The notes under the pieces are model-generated. The model was not told the origin of the DNA and did not search any database. It saw only the letters and a program-made list of their open reading frames with translations. This document shows positions 48,453 through 58,258 of a stretch of DNA of 64,000 nucleotides, piece after piece. The stretch is from an uncultured Chloroflexia bacterium (lineage in GTDB: Bacteria; Chloroflexota; Limnocylindria; QHBO01), in NCBI GenBank assembly GCA_963825525.1, contig CAWGTN010000002.1, forward strand, positions 1,856,001 to 1,920,000, read 5' to 3'. A program made the translations under genes and the position numbers. The number at the start of each line of letters is the position of its first letter. Positions within the stretch are counted from its first letter, which is position 1.

Positions 48453-49592
48453 ATGCACGTGACCGTCGTCGGCGCCGGAGTCTTCGGGGCCTGGACCGCA
48501 CTCTGGCTCCGCCGTCGTGGGGCATCGGTCACGCTCGTCGACCGGTACGGGGCGGGGAACTCGCTGGCGAGCTCGGGCGGGGAGTCTCGTGCGACCCGAT
48601 CGGCCCACGGCCCCGACCACTTCTATCCTGAATGGCAGCGTCGCTCGCTGGGCCAGTGGCTCGAGCTCGACCCGCACCTGTTCGTCGAGACCGGCGTGCT
48701 GTGGCTTGCTCGTCGTGAGGACGGCTTCGAGGCAGCGTCAGCCGATTCCCTGGACGCGCTGGGAATTCCCGCGGAGCGTCTGAGCGTTGCCGACCTGGGC
48801 GACCGCTGGCCCCAGGTGCGGACGGACGGCCTTGCATTCGGCCTGCACGAGCCCGAGGCGGGGGTGCTTCTCGCCCGTCGAGCCGTGGCGGCGGTCGCGG
48901 CCGCGGTGGCCGCAGAAGGCGGGGAGACGGTCATCGGCATCGCCGGCGTGGATGCGCAGCGGGTGACGCTCGACGGTCGGCCGGTCGCGGGCGATGCCGT
49001 GGTGTTTGCGGCCGGTCCCTGGCTGCCAACGCTGCTCGGGCCGGTACCGGACATGGAGATCGGAGTGCCGAGGCAGGAGATCGTCTTTTTCGCGACGCCG
49101 CCGGGCGACAGCCGGTTCGACGCCGGCTCGCTGCCGACATGGGTCGACTACGACGCCGGCTTCTACGGCATGCCCTCCATCGAGGGCCGCGGCTTCAAGG
49201 TCGCTCCCGATTGGCCGGGACCCCAGGTCGACCCCGATCGCCAGGATCGGCGCATCTCCGACGAGCGTGTCGATGCGTCACGCGCCTACCTCCGCGAGCG
49301 ATTCCCCGCCCTGGAACATCAGCCGGTGAGCGAGGGCCGCGTCTGCCAGTACGAGGTCACCGCCGATACCCACTTCATCATCGACCGTCATCCCTCCATG
49401 CCGGACGCGTGGATCGTGGGTGGTGGATCGGGCCATGGCTTCAAGCACGGGCCGGCGGTCGGGGAGTACGCGTCCGCCCTCGTTCTGGGTATCGATCCGG
49501 GCGACCTCGGGCCGCCTGACGATCGGTTCGAGCTTCGGCCGCGGTCGGCCGGGGTTGGCATGCGGACCGGCGGGGATCGCCTCAGCCGCTGA
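48453..49592 (+). CDS. FAD-dependent oxidoreductase (monomeric sarcosine oxidase-like)
   Basis: VVGAGVFG, SSGGESR, CQY..T.D.HFIID, GGSGHGFKH. Confidence 0.87.
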   Translation: MHVTVVGAGVFGAWTALWLRRRGASVTLVDRYGAGNSLASSGGESRATRSAHGPDHFYPEWQRRSLGQWLELDPHLFVETGVLWLARREDGFEAASADSLDALGIPAERLSVADLGDRWPQVRTDGLAFGLHEPEAGVLLARRAVAAVAAAVAAEGGETVIGIAGVDAQRVTLDGRPVAGDAVVFAAGPWLPTLLGPVPDMEIGVPRQEIVFFATPPGDSRFDAGSLPTWVDYDAGFYGMPSIEGRGFKVAPDWPGPQVDPDRQDRRISDERVDASRAYLRERFPALEHQPVSEGRVCQYEVTADTHFIIDRHPSMPDAWIVGGGSGHGFKHGPAVGEYASALVLGIDPGDLGPPDDRFELRPRSAGVGMRTGGDRLSR

Positions 49593-49616
49593 CTCGCATC
49601 TCGTCGAATCGTCCGC

Positions 49617-50933
49617 CTAGCGCGACACCCGCGTCGCACGCCAGATCGTGCGGATCCCGACCCGCTGCCCGTAGAGCAGCACGCCGGCGCTGTAGATGCG
49701 TGACGCGAGCCAGATCGCACCCGCCAAGACGGCGAGGAGCAGCACCAGGGCCAGCAGGATCTCGCCGATGCCGACCGACGTCAGGAGCATCCGTGCGGGC
49801 ATGAGATAGGGACTGAAGAACGGTACGATCGAGAGGACCGCGACCCATTGCGCGTCGGGATCGTTGAGCGCCGTCAACGAGGCGAGGTAGCCGCCCATGG
49901 CCAGGAAGATGAGGGGTCCGACGGCCTGCTGGACGTCCTCGATGCGGCTCACCATCGATCCGGCGGCTGCGTAGAGGGTGGCGTACAGGAGGAATCCCAG
50001 CAGGAAGAACGCGGCGAACCCCACCAGCGTCTCCGGGGCGAGCGACGGAAGTGAGAACGGCAGATCGCCTGCGACCCCGAAGGCCTCGGAGATCGGCCCG
50101 TTGGCCACCAGCCCGATCACGGCTGCCGCGACGATGGCCAGGTATTGCGTCAATCCCGCCGCGCCGGTGCCGAGGACCTTGCCGGTGAGCAGCTGACGCG
50201 GTGTGGCGGCGGTGATCAGCAGCTCCATTACCCGGCCCGACTTCTCCTCGGCGACGCTCTGGGCCACCCAGTTGCCGTAGGTCAGGATCGCCAGGAAGGT
50301 CAGGATGACGAGCGCGTAGGTGAGGATGAATGCCCCGCCGAAATCCTCCGCGTTCCGGCTGTCCTCGGGGTCGACCGGCACCGCGGTGAAGCTCGGGGGC
50401 TGGAACAGCTCCGCGCTCTGGCGGGGATCGATCCCCGCTCGCTCCAGGCGATCCGCGATCGCGATCGCAGCCGATGCCTGGGTGACGAGGAGCCGGGTCA
50501 TGTTCGTCGGGCTGGCGCTGCCGAGGAACTCGAACTCGAGCTCGTCATCGGCGTCGCGGGTGATGGTGAGGAGGGCGTCGAGCTCACCATCGCGGACCGA
50601 TTGGGCAGCCGCGTCGGGATCATCGGTGCGGGTCACGCGGGCTCGATCGCCCTCGACCGGCGGTGCGGAGGGGTCAACCGACGGATCGAAGCCGACGACG
50701 AGCGCCGTCTGGACCGTCAGGACCGGGTCGGTCGTGATGTCGTCGGCCTGGACGTCGATGGCGACGGTCGGCGGATCGGCGACGCCCAGCGCCCCCAACA
50801 GGGTTGGCACCATCGTCACGCCGACGATCGCCAACGCCAGGAGTGCCGTGGTGATGACGAACGCGCGGCCGCGGACTCTGAACAGGTACTCGCGTCGCGC
50901 TACGTGGAAGGCGTTCGGGAACAGGTCGGTCAC
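49617..50933 (-). CDS. ABC transporter permease (NatB/YhaP-like)
   Basis: VARREY, VAEEKSGRVMELL, GKVLG. Confidence 0.88.
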   Translation of the reverse strand: MTDLFPNAFHVARREYLFRVRGRAFVITTALLALAIVGVTMVPTLLGALGVADPPTVAIDVQADDITTDPVLTVQTALVVGFDPSVDPSAPPVEGDRARVTRTDDPDAAAQSVRDGELDALLTITRDADDELEFEFLGSASPTNMTRLLVTQASAAIAIADRLERAGIDPRQSAELFQPPSFTAVPVDPEDSRNAEDFGGAFILTYALVILTFLAILTYGNWVAQSVAEEKSGRVMELLITAATPRQLLTGKVLGTGAAGLTQYLAIVAAAVIGLVANGPISEAFGVAGDLPFSLPSLAPETLVGFAAFFLLGFLLYATLYAAAGSMVSRIEDVQQAVGPLIFLAMGGYLASLTALNDPDAQWVAVLSIVPFFSPYLMPARMLLTSVGIGEILLALVLLLAVLAGAIWLASRIYSAGVLLYGQRVGIRTIWRATRVSR

Positions 50934-51889
50934 GGGGCTGCCTCACGGCTGGACGCGGCGAGGTGCTCCTCGGACTCGTCGACGGCCCGTCGACCGACGT
51001 GCTCGACGAAGATCTCTTCGAGGCTCGGATCGGCGATCTCGAAGCGGGTGACGCGCTCGCCGCGGTCGATTGCCGCGCGCAGGATGCTGTCGGGGTCCCG
51101 ATCGGCGGGAACGTGAAGCTCCACGTAGTCCTCGCGGCGGGTCGTGAGCTCAACGCCCGGGATATCGTTCAACCACTCGACCCCGCGGCCGTCGCCGTCG
51201 GTGGCCAGCCGGACGACCTGCCGGCCCATGGCGCGCTTGACGTCACGGACAACCCCGCTCACCACCACCCGTCCGCGATCGACGATCGCGATCGACTCGC
51301 ACAGCTCCTCCACCTGCTCCATCTGGTGGGTGCTGAAAACGAGCGTCTTTCCGCGTGACTTCATCTCGACGAACGCCTCCTTGAGCAGCCGCACGTTGAT
51401 CGGGTCGAGCCCGCTGAAGGGCTCGTCCATGATCAGGACCTGCGGGTCGTGGAGGATCGAGGCGATGAACTGGATCTTCTGCTGGTTGCCCTTCGAGAGC
51501 TGCTCGACCTTGCGCTCGCGGTACTCCGGGATCCGGAAGCGTTCCAGCCAGTCGTCGATCTCGGCGCGCGCCGTGGCGTCCGGCACGCCATACAGCGCGG
51601 CAAAGAATCGCAGCTGCTCGCCGACCGGCATTCGCGGGTAGAGGCCGCGCTCTTCCGGCAGGTAGCCCCAGGTGCGGCGGGGAAGCGCGGTGTTCGGCGT
51701 GCCCTGCCAGGTGACGGTTCCGGCATCGGCGCGCAGGATGTCGAGCACGATCCGCATGCTCGTCGTCTTGCCCGCGCCGTTGGCTCCGAGCAGGCCGAAG
51801 ATGCGGCCCGGTTCGACGGTGAACGACACGTCATCCAGGGCGACGACGTCGCCAAAGCGCTTCGAGATCGAATCGACGACCAGCGACAT
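50930..51889 (-). CDS. ABC transporter ATP-binding protein (YhaQ-like)
   Basis: GANGAGKTT, GYLPEERGLY, LSKGNQQK, DEPFSGLDP. Confidence 0.92.
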   Translation of the reverse strand: MSLVVDSISKRFGDVVALDDVSFTVEPGRIFGLLGANGAGKTTSMRIVLDILRADAGTVTWQGTPNTALPRRTWGYLPEERGLYPRMPVGEQLRFFAALYGVPDATARAEIDDWLERFRIPEYRERKVEQLSKGNQQKIQFIASILHDPQVLIMDEPFSGLDPINVRLLKEAFVEMKSRGKTLVFSTHQMEQVEELCESIAIVDRGRVVVSGVVRDVKRAMGRQVVRLATDGDGRGVEWLNDIPGVELTTRREDYVELHVPADRDPDSILRAAIDRGERVTRFEIADPSLEEIFVEHVGRRAVDESEEHLAASSREAAP

Positions 51890-51994
51890 GGGAGTGGCAG
51901 CTTTCCCCAGATTTGGTCAGGTTGGACGAGGTCCGGCGCGGACGTCAGACAAGCCTAGCGGATGGCCACGAGCCGCGGGGCGCGCCGCCCGGCT

Positions 51995-52173
51995 GTCGAT
52001 ACATCGCCTGAATTGCACGTGGCGGCGTACCCGCGCGCGGTTACCGCGATCTATCGAGTGCCTTGGCGCGTGAGCAGCACGCCGGCGCACCGCTCGTGCG
52101 GGCCGCCGCTCGATATATCGCAGGATCGGCGCGCCAGGCACCGCCTAAGTGAACATTCGCTGCATCTATCGAG
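51995..52173. repeat. Dispersed four-motif palindromic element, copy 2
   Basis: 10-mers at 51995, 52049, 52109, 52164 (GTCGATACAT, ATCTATCGAG, CTCGATATAT, ATCTATCGAG). Confidence 0.85.
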
Positions 52174-52233
52174 CGCCGAGCGCCGAGCGCCGAGCGCCGA
52201 GCACCGAGCGCCGAGCACCGAGCGCCGAGCGCC
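52171..52233. repeat. 7-bp tandem repeat (GAGCRCC)x9
   Basis: Seven GAGCGCC and two GAGCACC units. Confidence 0.95.
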
Positions 52234-52408
52234 CCGCGCCGACTGCCGCGCGCCGCTGGCCGACTCGGACCCCCGGGATGTCGCGGCCACGGGGCCCTGG
52301 GCGCCGCGGTCGTCGGGCTCTGGTACACTCGGAAATCCGAACCGCCTCGCGCCATCGGATGAGCTGCGGCGGTTCTCTGTGCACCCTCCCCCGAAGAGAC
52401 TTGCCCTG

Positions 52409-53626
52409 ATGAAGATTGCTGTCCCCCGCGAGACCGCCGACGGCGAAACGCGCGTCGCGCTGACCCCCCTCATCGCCGGCCAGCTGGTGGCCGATGGCAT
52501 CGAGGTCATGGTCCAGGCCGGCGCCGGCGAGGCATCCTCGAACACCGACGAGGCCTACCGCGAAGCGGGCGCCACCATCGTCCCCGACGCGGCGGCCCTC
52601 TACTCCGGCGCCGACGTCGTGCTGCGTGTCGGCCGTCCCTCGGACGAGGAGGTCGAGATGCTCCGTTCGGGCTCGGTCCTCATCGGCACCCTGGGCACGC
52701 TGGCGAAGCCGGAGCTGGCGCAGAAGCTGGCGAAGGCCGGCGTGAGCGCCATCAGCATGGATGCCATCCCGCGCATCACCCGCGCCCAGAGCATGGACAC
52801 GCTCTCCAGTCAGGCAACGGTGGGCGGCTACAAGGCGGTCCTCATCGCGGCTGAGCGGCTGCCGAAGTTCATGCCACTGCTCACGACGGCGGCGGGCACG
52901 GTTCGGCCGGCCAAGGGCATCGTCATGGGCGCGGGCGTCGCCGGCCTCATGGCCATCGGCACGGCTCGCCGGCTCGGGGCGGTGGTCGAGGCCACCGACG
53001 TGCGGCCGGTCGTCAAGGAGCAGGTCCAGAGCCTGGGCGGCACCTTCATCGAGGTCGAGATGACCGACGAGGAGAAGGCAAAGGCGGAGACCGCCGGCGG
53101 CTACGCCACCGAGATGAGCGACGATTACAAGCGTCGACAGGCCGAGCTGATCGCCGAGCGCGTCAAGGAAGCCGACTTCGTCATCACCACCGCGCTCATC
53201 CCGGGGCGACCGGCACCGAAGCTCGTCACCGACGAGATGGTGAAGTCGATGAAGCCCGGAAGCGTCATCGTCGACATGGCCGCCGAGATGGGAGGCAACG
53301 TCGAGGGCACCGTGCCGAACGAGGAGATCGTGAAGCACGGCGTGAAGATCATCGGCATCACGAACCTGCCGGCCACCATGCCGGGCAGCGCGACCCAGAT
53401 GTACGCCAAGAACATCCAGACACTGATCAAGCATCTCGTGAGCGACGGGAAGCTGGAGCTCGACTTCAGCGACGAGATCACCCGAGGTGCCACGATCACG
53501 CACGACGGCAAGGTCGTCCACGAGGCGACCGCCAAGGCGCTCGGTATCGAGGTCGCCGCGCCCGAAGCCCCAGCCCAGCCCAAGACCGATGCGCCCGCCG
53601 ACGCGGGCGAGAAGAAGGACGCCTAG
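52409..53626 (+). CDS. pntA: NAD(P) transhydrogenase alpha subunit, domain I
   Basis: MKIAVPRE...ETRVA, PRITRAQSMD.LSSQ, GAGVAGL, TTALIPG. Confidence 0.96.
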   Translation: MKIAVPRETADGETRVALTPLIAGQLVADGIEVMVQAGAGEASSNTDEAYREAGATIVPDAAALYSGADVVLRVGRPSDEEVEMLRSGSVLIGTLGTLAKPELAQKLAKAGVSAISMDAIPRITRAQSMDTLSSQATVGGYKAVLIAAERLPKFMPLLTTAAGTVRPAKGIVMGAGVAGLMAIGTARRLGAVVEATDVRPVVKEQVQSLGGTFIEVEMTDEEKAKAETAGGYATEMSDDYKRRQAELIAERVKEADFVITTALIPGRPAPKLVTDEMVKSMKPGSVIVDMAAEMGGNVEGTVPNEEIVKHGVKIIGITNLPATMPGSATQMYAKNIQTLIKHLVSDGKLELDFSDEITRGATITHDGKVVHEATAKALGIEVAAPEAPAQPKTDAPADAGEKKDA

Positions 53627-53630
53627 CCCG

Positions 53631-53945
53631 ATGGAGCTCACCGCATTCGAGCTGCTGTCGGCCCTCTTCATCCTCGTCCTGGCCGCAGTGGTCGGCTACG
53701 AAGTGGTTTCGAAGGTGCCGACCATGCTCCACACCCCGCTGATGAGCGGCGCCAACGCCGTCCACGGCGTCATCGTTGTCGGCGCCATGCTCGTGGCAGC
53801 CAGCGCCGAGGGACCGATCCGGATCGTGCTCGCGCTGCTGGGCGTGATCCTCGGCACCATCAACGTGGTCGGCGGCTTCGTCGTCACCGACCGCATGCTC
53901 GAGATGTTCAAGCGCCGCCCCGGCGATAAGGCGGGTGAGCGCTAG
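53631..53945 (+). CDS. NAD(P) transhydrogenase alpha subunit, membrane part
   Basis: LHTPLMSGANA, NVVGGFVVTDRML.MF. Confidence 0.94.
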   Translation: MELTAFELLSALFILVLAAVVGYEVVSKVPTMLHTPLMSGANAVHGVIVVGAMLVAASAEGPIRIVLALLGVILGTINVVGGFVVTDRMLEMFKRRPGDKAGER

Positions 53946-55346
53946 ATGGACACGCTCCAGGTCCTGACCTACCTCGTCTGGCTCGTCGCCAGCGTCACCT
54001 TCATCATCGCCCTCAAGTTCCTGGCCAGCCCGAAGACGGCGCGGACCGGCAACCTGCTGGGCGCGGCCGGCATGGCCCTCGTCGTGGCATGGACGTTCTT
54101 CACCACGCCGGGCATGCTCGAGAACTGGTGGATCGTGATCGTCGGCGGTGCCGTCGGCGCGGTCGCCGGATTCCTCGGGGCCAAGCGCGTGGCGATGACC
54201 GCCATGCCGCAGATGGTCGCCATCTTCAACGGCGCCGGTGGTGGCGCGGCGGCGGTCGTCGCCATCGCCGAGTACCTCGAGTTCGCGGACCACGGCGACG
54301 GGCTCCTGCCCCTGCCGTTCGTCATCGCAACGCTCCTCGGCGCGGTCATCGGCTCGGTGGCGCTCACCGGCTCGGTCGTCGCCTTCGGCAAGCTCCAGGG
54401 CATCGTCACCTCGCGGCCGTACATGCTGCCCGGGCAGCAGCTCATCACCGGAGCCATGTTCATCGCGCTGTTCGCGATCGGCGTCTACATCGTCGGCTTC
54501 GAGAACAGCATTCCGCTCTTCCTCGTCTTCTGCGTCATCGCGCTGGCCGCGGGCGTGGTACTCACGATGCCGATCGGCGGAGCGGACATGCCCGTGGTGG
54601 TCTCGCTCCTCAACAGCTACACCGGCATCGCGGTCGCGGCATCGGGCTTTGTGCTCGGCAACTACGCGCTCCTCATCGCCGGGACCCTGGTCGGTGCGTC
54701 CGGCGCCATCCTCACCCAGCTCATGACGCGGGCGATGAACCGGTCCCTGTTCAACGTCCTGTTCGCCGGCTTCGGCACGGGCGGGGGCGCCGTGGCCGCC
54801 GGAGACGAGGGCGAGGAGCAGCTTCGTGAGACGAACGCCGAGGATGTGGCCGTGCTCATGGCCTACGGCAAGCGCGTCATCATCGTCCCCGGATACGGCA
54901 TGGCCGTCGCCCAGGCGCAGGGCCCGGTGCGCGAGCTCATGGACCTGCTGATCGCCAAGGGCGTGGACGTCCAGTTCGCGATCCACCCGGTCGCCGGTCG
55001 CATGCCCGGGCACATGAACGTTCTGCTGGCCGAGGCGAACGTCCCGTACGACCGCCTCAAGGAGATGGACGAGATCAACGACGACTTCGCCGATACCGAT
55101 GTCGCGCTGGTCATCGGCGCCAACGACGTCGTCAACCCCGCCGCTCGCGAAGAGGGTTCGCCGATCTCCGGCATGCCGATCCTCAACGTGGACGCGGCGC
55201 AGAACATCATCGTGCTGAAGCGTGGCCGGGGTACCGGATTTGCCGGAATCCCGAACCCGCTGTTCAGCAACGAGAAGACGATGATGCTGTTCGGCGACGC
55301 AAAGCCCTCGATCGAAGCCCTCGTCTCGGGTGTGAAGCAGGCCTGA
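53946..55346 (+). CDS. pntB: NAD(P) transhydrogenase beta subunit
   Basis: MTAMPQMVA, IGGADMPVV, PGYGMAVAQAQ, HPVAGRMPGHMN, GANDVVNP. Confidence 0.97.
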   Translation: MDTLQVLTYLVWLVASVTFIIALKFLASPKTARTGNLLGAAGMALVVAWTFFTTPGMLENWWIVIVGGAVGAVAGFLGAKRVAMTAMPQMVAIFNGAGGGAAAVVAIAEYLEFADHGDGLLPLPFVIATLLGAVIGSVALTGSVVAFGKLQGIVTSRPYMLPGQQLITGAMFIALFAIGVYIVGFENSIPLFLVFCVIALAAGVVLTMPIGGADMPVVVSLLNSYTGIAVAASGFVLGNYALLIAGTLVGASGAILTQLMTRAMNRSLFNVLFAGFGTGGGAVAAGDEGEEQLRETNAEDVAVLMAYGKRVIIVPGYGMAVAQAQGPVRELMDLLIAKGVDVQFAIHPVAGRMPGHMNVLLAEANVPYDRLKEMDEINDDFADTDVALVIGANDVVNPAAREEGSPISGMPILNVDAAQNIIVLKRGRGTGFAGIPNPLFSNEKTMMLFGDAKPSIEALVSGVKQA

Positions 55347-55381
55347 TCAGGCGCCGTCCTTGGAGCCGACCAATCGGCGAC

Positions 55382-55756
55382 TCAGCGGTCGCGGGTACTC
55401 CACAGCGCCGCCAGGATGAGTGGCACCTGAAGGGGTAGTCGGCCCCACCGAGCCCACCCGGCGGGAACGCCGTCGATCGGCACCTGGCTCACCGCTGCGT
55501 AGATGTTGGCCGGGAGCACCACAACGAGGTACGCGGCGAGGGCGATGCCGGATGCGCGACGCCATCGGCGGGGCCCGATGACACCGAACGCGAGGAGGAG
55601 CTCGATTCCGCCGGTGACCGCGACGAGCTCGGCACGATAGGGAACAGTCTCCGGGATGTGGCCGACGAACGGCTGGGGCGTGACGAAATGCGCAGCGCCG
55701 GCCGCCCCCATCCCGAGGCCCAGTGCGAAGCGAACGAGGGTGCGGGCAGATGTCAT
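55382..55756 (-). CDS. DoxX-like membrane protein
   Basis: AG..HF..P, TG.IE, PANIY, RLPLQ. Confidence 0.8.
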   Translation of the reverse strand: MTSARTLVRFALGLGMGAAGAAHFVTPQPFVGHIPETVPYRAELVAVTGGIELLLAFGVIGPRRWRRASGIALAAYLVVVLPANIYAAVSQVPIDGVPAGWARWGRLPLQVPLILAALWSTRDR

Positions 55757-55817
55757 CGGCTCCACCGTAGCCCAACGAGCGGAAGGAGCCCCCGGGCAGT
55801 CGGCTAGGCTTGGAGCG

Positions 55818-56456
55818 ATGGACGACCGCTGGATCTGCCTGGACGTGGGCGAGACGCTGATCGACGAGACGCGAGTGTGGTCCCTGTGGGCCGATGAGCT
55901 CGGCGTGCCGCGGCTCACCTTTCTCGCGTCCCTGGGGGCGGTGATCGCTCGCGGCGGTGACTACCGGGACGTCTTCACCAGGTTCGGCGCGGATGACTGG
56001 CCGCTTCGCCTCCCCTCCGTCGAAGCGGCGTACGGCGGATTCCGCTCCGAGGACCTGTATCCGGACGCGCTGCCCGCGCTCGATGCCCTTCGATCCGCGG
56101 GGTTCCGGGTGGCAATCGTCGCCAACCAGCCAGAGGCCCGAGGCGAGCAGCTCAGATCCATCGGCGTGAACGCCGACGTCATGGCCATGAGCGAGGGCCT
56201 CGGCGTCGCAAAGCCGGACGCCGCGTTCTACGCGCGCGCGCTGGAGCTCATGGGGTCGCCGCCGCCGGCATCGGTCGCCTACGTGGGGGACCGTATCGAC
56301 AACGACGTGGTGCCATCGGCGGTCGCCGGGATGCGGGCCGTGTGGATCCGTCGCGGCCCGTGGGGCCTGATCCAGGACCCGCCCGCACCCGGGGCAATCC
56401 TCACCGTGGACTCGCTCGTCGAGCTTGTCGACCGCATCGGCGAAATCTGGGACTAG
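55818..56456 (+). CDS. HAD family hydrolase
   Basis: LDVGETLID, ANQ, KPD, YVGDRIDND. Confidence 0.9.
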   Translation: MDDRWICLDVGETLIDETRVWSLWADELGVPRLTFLASLGAVIARGGDYRDVFTRFGADDWPLRLPSVEAAYGGFRSEDLYPDALPALDALRSAGFRVAIVANQPEARGEQLRSIGVNADVMAMSEGLGVAKPDAAFYARALELMGSPPPASVAYVGDRIDNDVVPSAVAGMRAVWIRRGPWGLIQDPPAPGAILTVDSLVELVDRIGEIWD

Positions 56457-58114
56457 CTCCGCCGCCGGCCCTCGACGAAGGCGGTTGCCTCCCGGTCGCT
56501 GACGCCGAAGCGCCGGAGGGCGTGGCGCAGGATCTCGTTGCCGACCTCGCGCTCCGCGACGACCACACGGTTCACACCCATCCGTCGCAGCTCGACCTCT
56601 TCCGCCTCCGAGTGGGCGCGCGCGACGATCTCGACCTTCGGGTTCCGCAACCGCGCGTAGGCAACTGCCTGGCGGATGGCGAGCGCGTCGGGGATGGCCG
56701 CGATGAGCGCGTGGCAGTGGGCCACGTTCGCCTCGTCGAGCACCGACGGCGCTCCGGCTTCGCCAAAGATGATCGTGGAGCCGTTGGCCCGCGCCTCGCG
56801 CGTGATCCCGTAGTCGCCGTCGACTGCGACCCACGCGAAGCCGCGCGACTCGAGGACACGAGCCACCGATCGACCGACGCGTCCATAGCCCAGGATCACG
56901 GCGTGACGGTGAAGGTCCGCCGCCGGGTGCTCATCGGCGGGACCGGGCCGATGCTGCTCGGCATCGAGCCACGATCCAAGTCGCCGGGCGCCGCGCAATA
57001 GCGGCTCGGCGGTGAGGATCGAGATCACGACCGCACCCATGGCCAGGCTGAAGGTGTCACCCGTCACCGCGCCGACGGAGAGGCCGGCGGACGCAAGGAC
57101 GAAGCTGAACTCCCCGCTCTGACCGATGAGCGCACCGGCGCGCACTGCGGAGGACGGCCGCTGCCCGTCGAAGCGGGCGAGAACCGCCACCGGGATTGCC
57201 TTGCCGAGGGTGATGATCAGGAGCAGCGCGACGACCGTCGGCCAGGCGGCGATGATCGCGGCTGGCTGGAGCAGGATGCCGATCGAGACGAAGAAGAAGA
57301 CGCTGAACAGCTCACGCAACGGAACGATCTCGCCGAGCACGCTCGCGGTGAGGTCGGAATCGGAGAGCGCCAACCCGGCGACGAAGGCCCCGAGTGCCAC
57401 GCTCACGCCGAGCGCGGCCGCCGCGAAGGCCGTCCCGATCGACAGCACCGCCACGCTGATGACGAACAGCTCGCGTGAGCGCAGCCCGGCCACGATTCCC
57501 AGCAGCCGGGGAAGGACCCGCGACCCGAGGATCACGACGAGCGCGACGAAGCCGAGCGCGACGCCCACGCTGACGAGCAGGTCGGCGAAGGTTCGGTCCT
57601 CGTCGCCACCGAGGGCGGTGAGCGCGACCACCAGCACCACGGTCACCAGGTCCTGGACGATCGACACGCCGAGGGCCGCGCGCCCGTACGTGGTGGTGTG
57701 GAGCGTGCCCTCCCCGGCGACCTTCACGAGCACCACCGTCGAGCACACCGACATGGCCCCGCCGATGAACAGCGCCTCGATCAGGCTCCAGCCCAGCATG
57801 AGTCCCGTCCCGGTGCCGATGCCGAGCGTGATCGCGACCTGGATCGGCGTCCCGGCCAGGATCCGCGCCCCGACCGACCGCAGCTCGCCGATGCTGAACT
57901 GGAGCCCGATGCTGAACATCAGCAGCGCGACGCCGATGTCCGCGAGGGCCAGTACCTCTTCGCGATCCGCCACGAAACCGGGGGTCGCGGGGCCGACGAC
58001 CAGGCCCGCCACGATGTACCCGATCATCGGGGGGAGACGCAGCCGGTGCGCGATGGCCCCCAGCACCAGCGCGGCACCGAGTGCCAGCAGCAGGGTCAGC
58101 CCGAGTCCGGTCAT
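56453..58114 (-). CDS. CPA2 cation:proton antiporter with TrkA-N domain (YbaL/KefC-like)
   Basis: IGVALLMFSIG, QDL, GAFVAG, FFVSIG, GEFSFV, GYGRVG. Confidence 0.92.
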   Translation of the reverse strand: MTGLGLTLLLALGAALVLGAIAHRLRLPPMIGYIVAGLVVGPATPGFVADREEVLALADIGVALLMFSIGLQFSIGELRSVGARILAGTPIQVAITLGIGTGTGLMLGWSLIEALFIGGAMSVCSTVVLVKVAGEGTLHTTTYGRAALGVSIVQDLVTVVLVVALTALGGDEDRTFADLLVSVGVALGFVALVVILGSRVLPRLLGIVAGLRSRELFVISVAVLSIGTAFAAAALGVSVALGAFVAGLALSDSDLTASVLGEIVPLRELFSVFFFVSIGILLQPAAIIAAWPTVVALLLIITLGKAIPVAVLARFDGQRPSSAVRAGALIGQSGEFSFVLASAGLSVGAVTGDTFSLAMGAVVISILTAEPLLRGARRLGSWLDAEQHRPGPADEHPAADLHRHAVILGYGRVGRSVARVLESRGFAWVAVDGDYGITREARANGSTIIFGEAGAPSVLDEANVAHCHALIAAIPDALAIRQAVAYARLRNPKVEIVARAHSEAEEVELRRMGVNRVVVAEREVGNEILRHALRRFGVSDREATAFVEGRRRS

Positions 58115-58258
58115 GGCACGAACCGGCAGTCGGCGGCGCGTCGCGTCGTCGGCATTCCCCGATCATACCGGTCCACTATCGAGCGTCGGCTAGACTGCAC
58201 GGCGTGGCCCGTCGGCCCACCGTGAGCCGCACCCGACCGGGAGTCTTCTTCCAACGCG

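Noticed and set aside
44407-55013. Long antisense ORFs (e.g. 44407-46296, 52166-53671, 53496-55013)
   Set aside because: Shadow frames typical of high-GC codon usage opposite well-supported genes; no recognisable motifs.
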